From Macrostomum lignano (lineage: Eukaryota), in assembly GCA_002269645.1 (NCBI GenBank), contig NIVC01002886.1, positions 18,309 through 82,308 of the forward strand: a DNA stretch of 64,000 nucleotides. Direction: 5' to 3'. This document shows positions 36,219 to 48,200 of the stretch, piece by piece. Positions within the stretch are counted from its first letter, which is position 1; every line of letters begins with the position of its first letter. The notes beneath the pieces are model-generated. The model did no database searches. It was given only the letters and a program-made list of their open reading frames with translations, and was not told where the DNA came from. Position numbers and translations under genes: made by a program.

Positions 36219-39200
36219 TTAAGAAACCATCTGGTGACCCATCTGCTGGGTGCGGGTCATTGACAAGTTGAGCTTTCGCTGAGTCAACTCAGCCTTCATC
36301 GCGCGCAGCTCAGCCTCCGCTTGTGTCCGCAGCTGAAATAGATTTTTAATATTGCCTGGTTTATTGAGATTCTGTAGTTTCAGCTTCTAAAGTTCATATA
36401 TTTTATATGTTTTAGTAAATGGACAGTTTACATTGACAGTGTACATAGACAGCTCACTTTGACTGTGTACATTGACAGTGTAAAGTAAGAGACAGGAGGG
36501 ATGTGGGACTCTCAGTGTGACTTTTTGAGGGTGTGACTTTTTGAGGGTGTGACGTTTTGAGGGTGTGACTTTTTGAGGGTGTGACTTTTTGAGGGTGTGA
36601 CTTTTTGAGGGTGTGACTTTTTGAGGGTGTGACGTTTTGAGGGTGTATTTTTGAGGGTGTGACTTTTTGAGGGTGTGACTTTTTGAGGGTGACTTTTTGA
36701 GGGTGACTTTTTGAGGGTGTGACTTTTTGAGGGTGAATTTTTGAGGGTGTGACTTTTTGAGGGTGTGACTTTTTGAGGGTGTGACGTTTTGAGGGTGTGA
36801 CTTTTTGAGGGTGTGACTTTTTGAGGGTGTGACTTTTTGAGGGTGACTTTTTGAGGGTGTGACTTTTTAAGGGTGTGAATTTTCGAGGGTGTGACTTTTT
36901 GAGGGTGTGACTTTTTGAGGGTGACTTTTTGAGGGTGTGACTTTTTGAGGGTGTGACTTTTTGAGGGTGTGACGTTTTGAGGGTGTGACTTTTTGAGGGT
37001 GTGACTTTTTGAGGGTGTGACTTTTTGAGGGTGTGACTTTTTGAGGGTGTGACTTTTTGAGGGTGACTTTTTGAGGGTGTGACTTTTTAAGGGTGTGAAT
37101 TTTCGAGGGTGTGACTTTTTGAGGGTGTGACTTTTTGAGGGTGACTTTTTGAGGGTGTGACTTTTTGAGGGTGTGACTTTTTGAGGGTGTGACGTTTTGA
37201 GGGTGTATTTTTGAGGGTGTGACTTTTTGAGGGTGTGACTTTTTGAGGGTGACTTTTTGAGGGTGTGACTTTTTGAGGGTGTGACTTTTTGAGGGTGAAT
37301 TTTTGAGGGTGTGACTTTTTGAGGGTGTGACTTTTTGAGGGTGTGACTTTTTGAGGGTGTGACTTTTTGAGGGTGTGACTTTTTGAGGGTGTGACTTTTT
37401 GAGGGTGACTTTTTGAGGGTGTGACTTTTTAAGGGTGTGAATTTTCGAGGGTGTGACTTTTTGAGGGTGTGACTTTTTGAGGGTGACTTTTTGAGGGTGT
37501 GACTTTTTGAGGGTGTGACTTTTTGAGGGTGTGACGTTTTGAGGGTGTGACTTTTTGAGGGTGAATTTTTGAGGGTGTGACTTTTTGAGGGTGTGACTTT
37601 TTGAGGGTGTGACTTTTTGAGGGTGTGACTTTTTGAGGGTGACTTTTTGAGGGTGTGACTTTTTAAGGGTGTGAATTTTCGAGGGTGTGACTTTTTGAGG
37701 GTGTGACTTTTTGAGGGTGACTTTTTGAGGGTGTGACTTTTTGAGGGTGTGACTTTTTGAGGGTGTGACGTTTTGAGGGTGTATTTTTGAGGGTGTGACT
37801 TTCTGAGGGTGTGACTTTTTGAGGGTGACTTTTTGAGGGTGTGACTTTTTGAGGGTGTGAATTTTTGAGGGTGAATTTTTGAGGGTGTGACTTTTTGAGG
37901 GTGTGACTTTTTGAGGGTGTGACTTTTTGAGGGTGTGACTTTTTGAGGGTGTGACTTTTTGAGGGTGTGACTTTTTGAGGGTGACTTTTTGAGGGTGTGA
38001 CTTTTTAAGGGTGTGAATTTTCGAGGGTGTGACTTTTTGAGGGTGTGACTTTTTGAGGGTGACTTTTTGAGGGTGTGACTTTTTGAGGGTGTGACTTTTT
38101 GAGGTCCATGGCCTAGAGACGCGCTCTATGACTTCTCCCCCCCCCCCTTTCTGGCCACTGCGTGGCTGGCGGGAGGAGTATTTTGTTGTTTTTGTTGTTG
38201 TTATAGACAGTGTACATTGACAGTTCCAATCACATTATCGAATGACAATAACAATGTACACTAAAATTATTTTATCTAAAATTTCTAACAGACTAGAATA
38301 ACGTTTTCAGGGTTGATGCTGTCAACTTTGGCATAGAAAAGTGAGCACTGCCAGCATCCTCTCCCCAACGAATCAGCTCCTCACTTTCACTTCGGCCGTA
38401 AGCTTCATCTTGGAGTCGTCGACTCGACGCTGAAGCTCCTCGATTTCGTGCTGCATCCGCGTGGCCTGGATGCGCAGGTTCAGCTGTGGGCCAGGGGGAT
38501 GGGGCGGTTTCTTAGAAATCCAGTTTAATTACGTACCAAGGACCACTAATAATGATGATTTCAGGAGATTGTAAGCACCCTGGCGCTTCAGGAGACTCCT
38601 GAGCACTCGCACACCCGCTGGCCCTCATGAGTGTATAACTGATAATACTATTAACTAATGTTGCAGAGAACACGCCCAAGGCTTTTGACTGCTTCCTGTC
38701 TTTAATAACATGTTCTCTCAAGGTATTAATCGACCAAGTGAACTGAACTCCGTTTGAGAAATTCCTATCTAGCTAAAAGCCTTCATTTAAGTTACACGGA
38801 TCTCCAGTCTCTTGCAGCAGTAAACTCACCTGCTGGGTAGCATCCGGTGTGTCAATATTCTTGCCTTCCTTGACTCGGGACGTCATGGTGCTGACCATCC
38901 GCTTATGATAGGACTCAAGCTCGTCCCGGAGTCGGTTGGCCTGGTCCTCGAGTGGCGTGGTCAGCTTCTTCTCTTCGAAGTAGCGCTTCTTCCACATGTC
39001 TCGGGCTGCGAGATTTTTGGACAACTTCAATAGTAATGTTTATTATCTGCATTCTTGATAATTTTATGTTTTCCTTAACTTTCTAAAGCTTCTGCATACT
39101 CCTCCGCAAACTCGATCGCGAAGCCGATCGCGAAGCTCCCTACCTACAGACCCCAACCCAGCCACACCCCACTCCCTACCCCTACAGACCGCAACCCAGC

Positions 39201-42200
39201 CACACCCCACTCCCTACCCTACAGACCGCAACCCAGCCACACCCCACTCCCTACCCCTACAGACCGCAACCCAGCCACATCCCACTCCCTACCCTACAGA
39301 CCGCAACCCAGCCACACCCCACTCCCTACCCCTACAGACCGCAACCCAGCCACACCCCACTCCCTACCCTACAGACCGCAACCCAGCCACACCCCACTCC
39401 CTACCCCTACAGACCGCAACCCAGCCACACCCCACTCCCTACCCCTACAGACCGCAACCCAGCCACACCCACTCCCTACCCTACAGACCGCAACCCAGTC
39501 CCATCTCACTCCCTACCTCTACAGACCGCAACCCAGCCCCATCTCACTCCCTACCCCTACAGACCGCAACCCAGCCCCATCTCACTCCCTACCTCTACAG
39601 ACCGCAACCCAGCCCCATCTCACTCCCTACCCCTACAGACCACAACCCAGCTCCACCTTATTCCCAATCCTCAGCTACGGACCCTCAACTTTGCCTCCCC
39701 TATTCGTCCTGGGTCTACGACGTTTGCCTGCGGGACGTTTGCCAGCCGACGCTTGCCTGCGGGACGTTTGCCAGCCGACGTTTGCCTGCGGGACGTTTGC
39801 CAGCGGGACGTTTGCCAGCCGACGTAGCCGACGTTTGCCAGCCGACGTTTGCCAGCGAGACGTTTGCCAGCCGGACGTTTGCCTGCTGGAAGTTTGCTAG
39901 CAAAAATTTGCTAGCCAATATAAAGCCAGTCAGTGAAAAATTTGATACTGAAATATTCGCAGTTTAACGGTTTGACAAAAACCGTTTTTACTCAAACTTT
40001 TTGACGGTTATTTGCATATATACAAGTTCGAAAGCAAAATCTATATAAATTATGCAATTTATTAGTCTAACATCTAATATCTAGTTTAATAACAATTTTC
40101 TTTGAATTTGAAAATATAGTTTACTTAATTTTTGACAATTGTGTATCGTTTTTTCCAGTTTGAGATGTTTGATTTTTGATGTGCGAAAGAAGACGCGCAG
40201 ATTACAACGGGAATCTCCAGCGATTAAGTTATGAGGCAAACAAAAAGAGCTGCTGAGCGGTAATTCTGGCTCATATATTTCTCAGTTCATTGGGAGATCC
40301 AAAAGTAAGCAAATTGATTCCAATTCTGTTGTATTACTACTCAAGTAAGCCAGGAAACCGCGATCTCAACGTACATGTGTAGACGAGTCGAATGCGGTAC
40401 GTTTGTATAGTAAGCTAGCTGAATAGCCAGACAAGCCGCCAGTAGCAAGCTAGTAGGACAGCAAGCGCTAGACACTTCGTATACAAAGCTTAGTCACGCC
40501 AAGGACTACTAAAGTAGAAGGACGCGCAGCACTTGAAATCTATGGAAAATGTTTTGAAGGCCATAGGGAGATAGGAAGTTTTCATCTTTTCAGCACAACA
40601 ATTGTTATTGCTTTCATACGAGGCAAACCCATTGTTCATCTTTTGATATGTTGTGCCAAAATCGTTGTTAAACTAGATATTAGACGTTAGACTAATGAAC
40701 TGCATAATTTATATAGATTTTGCTTTCGAACTTATATACATGCGAATAAGCGTCAAAAAGTTTGAGTAAAAAAACGGTTTTTGTCAAACCGCTAAACTGC
40801 GAATATTTCAGTATCAAATTTTTCACTGACTGGCTTTATATTGGCTAGCAAATTTTTGCTGGCAAACTTCCAGCAGGCAAACGTCGGCTGGCAAACGTCG
40901 GCTGGCATACGTCGGCTGGCAAATGTCGGCTGGCAAATATCGGCTGGCAAATGTCGGCTGGCAAATATCGGCTGGCAAATGTCGGCTGGCAAACGTCCGG
41001 CAGGCAAACTTCGGCTGGCAAACGTCCTGCAGGCAAACGTCGGCTGGCAAACGTCGGCTGGCAAACGTCCCGCAGGCAAACGTCGGCTGGCAAACGTCCC
41101 GCAGGCAAACGTCGGCTGGCAAACGTCCCGCAGGCAAACGTCGGCTGGCAAACGTCCCGCAGGCAAACGTCGGCTGGCAAACGTCCCGCAGGCAAACGTC
41201 GGCTGGCAAACGTCCCGCAGGCAAACGTCGGCTGGCAAACGTCCCGCAGGCAAACGTCGCTATCCCATTCGTCCTACATCCTTCCTAACTCCCACAATAC
41301 TTCTTAATCACTACGCTGTTGTCCTTGCACCATTTTTCCGCCAGTAATTGCTCATATAGTTTTTGTGTTTCTACGCAGTAAAACAATTGAAACTGCTAGA
41401 AGTATTTTTTGCAATTTTTTTGTAAAATCCGAATCGAAAGTAAACATTATGATATAAATAGGGTAAAATAGTAACATATTTTTAGTTTGAGGTTGGAATT
41501 ACATTGATTTTGTTCATCAATATTTCTCAAGGTTTTATAAGGAACAATCTGGTTCATAATTAGTAGAATTTCGCAGATCACCCGACACGCAACAAGTAAA
41601 TAGAAGGAACTAAGCAATCAGCAATTCAAGCCGTACCAGTAAGACTTTGAAATCCTGAAAGTCAATTATTAATTTGATACTTTTTCTCTTATTTTTGTGC
41701 CAAGGCAAACTTCGGTGAAAAAAAATTATAAACATTACTGAGAGTAGAGCTAGAAGGAAAAATAGATTTACCTTGATTTCGCATGTTCTGCGTCCGCGCC
41801 TGCAGCTGCCGGGCCCGCCTGATCAGGTCGTCCCGGCGTCGCTCAATCTCGGTGCGATCGTCGCGAATCCGCTGCAGCTCGGACAGCAGCTGCTCGCCTG
41901 TTGCCGAGAGCGGTTAAAAGTACAGAGTGTAGTATAATGTTCATACACTAAAACAACTAGAATAATAAGGTCTGTTAGCACCCCTGTCGCAACGCCTTAA
42001 ACAAAATCGTCCTATAGACAGTGCTGACGGAAATTGTGCCCGTTCCGCTGACTCCTGAGAGCACACAAGCACGCCAATACTGTACTCATGCACTCATGCA
42101 CACGCTCACACAGCGTGGGTTGTTGCGACTTTCTTAGTCACTTCTTTAGTTCACCTGCACTTGTCTCTGTTTAGTTTCTCTCTCTCCCTCGCTGCCTTCT

Positions 42201-45200
42201 GATTGGCTGGCTCTCCATTCTCGCCTCTTTCCTCAGTCGCACACTCCAGCCCCTCCTTGTCTTATCTTGCACTGAATCCCCCCCCCCTAATTTTCAATGC
42301 CTAAATCACAATGTACTGATTTCGGCCCAGCGCTGCCCAATCTCTGACTCATTGTTGTTTTTTTGTGTTTTTCAATTTGGAATTTAACAAAAATGACTTT
42401 GAATCTGGCATGCATAAGCAAAGTAAGCTTCAAAACTGGTTGAAAAAAAATCCGTCAATGGTCAACAGCTCACATTTCTTTTTCGAATTCTATCGTTATC
42501 CTAGAATAATTATCGCCATTTTCTACACTGCACTACTGACAGTAACCAGAAACGAGTAGCTTGTTAGTAAAAAATCTATTCAAAACGTTCACTGCACGCT
42601 GTGCGTTGCCATGGTGCCCATCAGCATCATAGAAAGGAATTTACCTACAGCTCAGAATTGCCTTGACTTGAAGGTTTAATACAAGCGGCCTATTCGGGTG
42701 CGTACTAACCGCAACCATATCTGCTGGCATCAGTGGCAGAATTCAAAGAGGAAAATTCTCAACAGCAAATTAGTGGACCGCAAGCGAAGGCACGCTGCAG
42801 TCACTTACACCTGCCAGCGCGGTGGGTGGTCAACATTGGCAGAGGATACATTTCGCTGAAATTTTATAGTATCCAGAGTATTATACTTTACTTTCAGCCC
42901 TCTTTCATATTGATAGCCAATGAGCCTATGCTTTGACAGCGATATTTGGCAACCCTAGCCCTTTAGTCCTAGCCTTAACCCTAACCCTAAACCAAGGGGT
43001 CCGCGAAGCCTCTCTATCCGGCCCTCGGGTCCTTTGAAACTTCACAATAGCAATCCGGCTCGCTTAAGGTTTGTGTCTTTTCTCAGCTCTCTTCTCTCTC
43101 ATCTCCTCTCCTCTCTCCTCTTCCTCTGAGGTCTCCTCTCACTTCATCTCTCATCTCACCTCTTTCCTCTCTTCCCAGCTCTCCCCTCTCCTCTTCCTTC
43201 TCTCCTTTCTCGCCTCATCTGCCCCCTCTCCTCTCTACCCATGCCATCCTTCTCTTCTCTTTCCTCTCCTCTCCACTCTCTTCTCTTATCTCTCCTCTCT
43301 ATATCCTCTATTCTTCCCTTTTCTCCTCTATACCCTCTCTTCTCTTCTCTCCTCTCTCTGGCCCTCTCTCTGCTTTGAAGAAAATTTCCAACCCCAATCC
43401 TAAACTCTAACCACAACCGTAGCTTCTGCCGACCCCAATCCTAAACCCTAACCACAACCGTAGCTTCTGCCGACCCCAATCCTAAACCCTAACCACAACC
43501 GTAGCTTCTGCCGACACCAATCCCAAACCCTAACCACAACCGTAGCTTCTGCCGACCCCAATCCCAAACCCTAACCACAACCGTAGCTTCTGCCGACACC
43601 AATCCTAAACCCTAACCACAACCGTAGCTTCTGCCGACACCAATCCCAAACCCTAACCACAACCGTAGCTTCTGCCGACACCAATCCTAAACCCTAACCA
43701 CAACCGTAGCTTCTGCCGACACCAATCCTAAACCCTAACCACAACCGTAGCTTCTGCCGACACCAATCCCAAACCCTAACCACAACCGTAGCTTCTGCCG
43801 ACACCAATCCTAAACCCTAACCACAACCGTAGCTTCTGCCGACACCAATCCTAAACCCTAACCACAACCGTAGCTTCTGCCGACACCAATCCCAAACCCT
43901 AACCACAACCGTAGCTTCTGCCGACACCAATCCTAAACCCTAACCACAACCGTAGCTTCTGCCGACACCAATCCCAAACCCTAACCACAACCGTAGCTTC
44001 TGCCGACACCAATCCTAAACCCTAACCACAACCGTAGCTTCTGCCGACCCCAATCCTAAACCCTAACCACAACCGTAGCTTCTGCCGACACCAATCCTAA
44101 ACCCAAACCACAACCGTAGCTTCTGCCGACCACAATCCTAAACCCTAACCACAACCGTAGCTTCTGCCGACACCAATCCCAAACCCTAACCACAACCGTA
44201 GCTTCTGCCGACACCAATCCTAAACCCTAACCACAACCGTAGCTTCTGCCGACACCAATCCTAAACCCTAACCACAACCGTAGCTTCTGCCGACACCAAT
44301 CCTAAACCCTAACCACAACCGTAGCTTCTGCCGACACCAATCCTAAACCCTAACCACAACCGTAGCTTCTGCCGACCCTAATCCTAAACCCTAACCACAA
44401 CCGTAGCTTCTGCCGACACCAATCCTAAACCCTAACCACAACCGTAGCTTCTGCCGACACCAATCCTAAACCCTAACCACAACCGTAGCTTCTGCCGACA
44501 CCAATCCCAAACCCTAACCACAACCGTAGCTTCTGCCGACACCAATCCTAAACCCTAACCACAACCGTAGCTTCTGCCGACCCCAATCCTAAACCCTAAC
44601 CACAACCGTAGCTTCTGCCGACGCCAATCCCAAACCCTAACCACAACCGTAGCTTCTGCCGACCCCAATCCCAAACCCTAACCACAACCGTAGCTTCTGC
44701 CGACACCACTTACGATCTCGTCGCATTTCCTCCTGGGGATCAATTGACGTGGCCTCTTCAATCAGTAGATTAGGAACCATCTGAAAGCAGCAAAAGTTCA
44801 ACTTCTTGTCAATAGTAAATAAATATCAACTCGGGCATAAAAGTGATAGACTCTGTTGCCATTGGCAACTGACAATTATCCAAGCAACCAATCTTTCAGG
44901 GGTAGAGGTTGCTCTAGGCAAGTAAACTGAGTTTGCTGAGCACTTATCCCAATCATTTGAGGGCTGCAGCAGCCGCGGACAGCTCCAGCTCAGCGAAGAT
45001 TTTTTATTTCCCATTTAGCGAGGATGAGGATTTTTCCTCTTCCCTGCTGCAGCTCATATATACTTTTTCTAACTCTTATCGGGCGCATTTCTCGCACCTG
45101 GCGAACCGGCATAGCAACCAGAATTCTCGCGGGCCTTGCGGGTGGAAGCTCAATTCAGTTCCGCAGTCAGCTGCTCACTCACTCACTTCCCCTTCTCATT

Positions 45201-48200
45201 CCCTATTATTCCCCAATCCGGAGTTCAACGCCATTTTGAGTCTGTGTGAATTTTTCAGGCTTCAAGTTGACTGTGCAAAAAATGATGAGATACTCAAACT
45301 CTAATGAGGTGATGCTCAAAATAAGTTTAATAGGAAGCTCAAGTCAGCGACAAAGGAACTGGGGATAGATGGGTAGAGGAGTAGAGGGAGAGGGGTAGAG
45401 GGAGAGGGGTAGAGGAGAGGGGTGGAGGGAGAGGGGTAGAGGGAGAGGGGTAGAGGGAGAGGGTAGAGGGAGAGGGGTAGAGGGAGAGGGGTAGAGGAGA
45501 GGGGTAGAGGGAGAGGGGTAGAGGGAGAGGGGTGGAGGGAGAGGGGTGGAGGGAGAGGGGTGGAGGGAGAGGGGTAGAAGGAAATCGATAGGGAGGGGGA
45601 GAAAGATAGGGGTATATGAAGAGGCAGAAAGAGAGGAACAGTGGAGGAATAGGGAGAGGGGAGACGAAGATTAAGAGGTAGAGTGAGAAGTAGAGGTGGG
45701 ATAGCAGGTCAGGCCGGCACAGGGGAGCTCTCACCCCTCCAATTCCGGCCTCTTCCTCTTCTCGCTCTCGCCGTCTCCTCTCGGCCTCCTCCTCATCGGC
45801 GAGTCTGCAAATTCAAAGGCAGATTTTATTATCAAGCATGGAGGCGGGCAACTGATTGTGAAGATTAGTAACTGGGATGCACATTGTAACCATGGGATAG
45901 ATTAGTCATCAAGTATAGGTGAGGTGAGGCTTCAATCAGGCTGTTTTGCAGCCCCAACACAACTATTAATTTAAACTGTGCCATGCAGAATTAGTTGAAA
46001 AAGAAAATAATTAATTTGCCTGGCATGGCAGGCGGTAGGAAGTCAGTCAATAAGATTGCAGCCCGCTGAGCTCTTATTATAAAACCCCTTAATTGCATGC
46101 AGAGTCAGGCTTTGAAACCTGTGTGCGCACATTTGGCCGGCTTGGGTAAACACACTGAACAGGCAGAATCAAGAGTGACTGACTGATGAGGCTGCCTCCA
46201 ACACGCTTGAGGGTGAGACTGGCCGAGGCTGAGGACAGTTAAAAACAGCTTGAGTAAATCAGAGGGGGGCCAGCGACAAGCACAGACAGTTCGGTTGCCA
46301 TGCCAATCGAGTCCGCCGTGTAAAAAGAGTTGAATTATGAAATGCATCGAATTTTAATTTGTTATAATCATCAAATTAATTATTGGGTGAATAAAAACAT
46401 CGGACACTGTGCTAAAAATGTCAATTTAATTAATTTTGATTAGTTTGATTTATTAGTCGGGTCAAAATCCTGCGTATCAGGCTCACTCTCGCTTATTCTC
46501 TTTGTTTGGGGCCTCGGCCCCGGTTGTTGGCTCTGTTGCCATGACAACCGCACGACTTTCGTCGTCGGCACGACTGTCGTTGCTTGCGGCGACTGTTTCC
46601 TTCGATTTTTTATCTTGAATTTTTCGGAAATTAAAATTGCCTTTAATTTGAGCTTCTGTTTTACTTTTATTTTTTATTTACGATTTATTTTTCATTTTTA
46701 CCGGCTTCGACTGGCTCCGATTTGCTCGGGGATTCCTTGGGGTTGGCGCTGAAATCAGCGGGAAGCGAAAATCTTTGACTTCCTGCCCGATCTACTCTGC
46801 CCGATCTACTCTGCCCGATCTACTCTGCCCGATCTACTCTGCCCGATCTACTCTGCCCGATCTACTCTGCCCGATCTACTCTGCCCGATTTACTCTGCCC
46901 GATCTACTTTGCCCGATCTACTCTGCCCGATCTACTCTGCCCGATCTACTCTGCCCGATCTACTCTGCCCGATATACTCTGCCCGATCTACTCTGCCCAA
47001 TCTACTATGCTTGATCTACTCTGCCCGATCTACTCTGCTTGATCTACTCTGCCCAATCTACTCTGCTTGATCTACTCTGCCCAATCTACTCTGCCCGATC
47101 GACTCTGCTTGATCTACTCTGCCCAATCTACTCTGCCCGATCGACTCTGCTCGATCTACTCTTTAAAATCTACTCTGCCCAATCCACTCTGCCCGATCTA
47201 CTCTTTAAAATCTACTCTGCCCAATCCACTCTGCCCGATCTACTCTTTCAAATCTACTCTGCCTGATCTACTCTTCCCGATCTACTCTGCCCGATCTACT
47301 CTGCCCAATCTACTCTGCCCGATCTACTCTGCCCGATCTACTCTTTCAAATCTACTCTGCCCAATACACTTTGCCCGATCTACTCTTTCAAATCTACTCT
47401 GCCTGTTCTACTTTTCCCGATCTACTCTGCCCGATCTACTCTGCCCGATCTACTCTGCCCGATCTACTTTGCCCGATCTACTCTGCCCAATCTACTCTGC
47501 CCGATCTACTCTTTCAAATCTACTCTGCCCAATACACTCTGCCCGATCTACTCTTCCCGATCTACTCTACCCGATCTACTCTACCCGATCTACTCTGCCC
47601 GATCTACTCTTCCCGATCTACTCTGCCCGATCTACTCTGCCCGATCTACTCTGCCCGATCTACTTTGCCCGATCTACTCTGCCCAATCTACTCTGCCCGA
47701 TCTACTCTGCCCAATATACTCTGCCTAATGTACTCTGCCCGATCCACGACTTCCGATCAAAAGTAATCTGCTCTACTCTATCTAGTCTATGAAATCTAAT
47801 CTGCAAAGTCTACAGTCTCCATCCTATACTTCCCATACTCTGTTTAATCTACAATATCCAAAATATCCTGTGAAACCTTTCCATCGCCGTCCACCCACCT
47901 TTGTCTCTCCGCCTCCTCTTCTCTCCAGCGTCGCTCCTCTTCCTCTTCTTCCAGGCGCCGTCGTCGTTCCTCCTCTTCTTGGCGCCGTCGGCGCTCATCT
48001 TCTTCCAGGCGCCTTCGTCGCTCCTCCTCTTCTTGGCGCCGTCGGCGCTCCTCTTCCTCCCGCATCCGTCTTTCTTCATCCTCGCGCCTTCGGCGCTCCT
48101 CCTCCTCCAGACGACGTCTCCGCTCTTCCTCTTCTTCCAGGCGCCGTCGGCGCTCCTCCTCTTCCCATCTTTTGCGATCTTCTTCTTCTCGTCTTCGACG

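Noticed and set aside
42970-44708. CCCTAA motifs as an interstitial telomere
   Set aside because: There are only two tandem hexamers at ~42978 and one per 41-bp unit; this is not a (TTAGGG)n tract.
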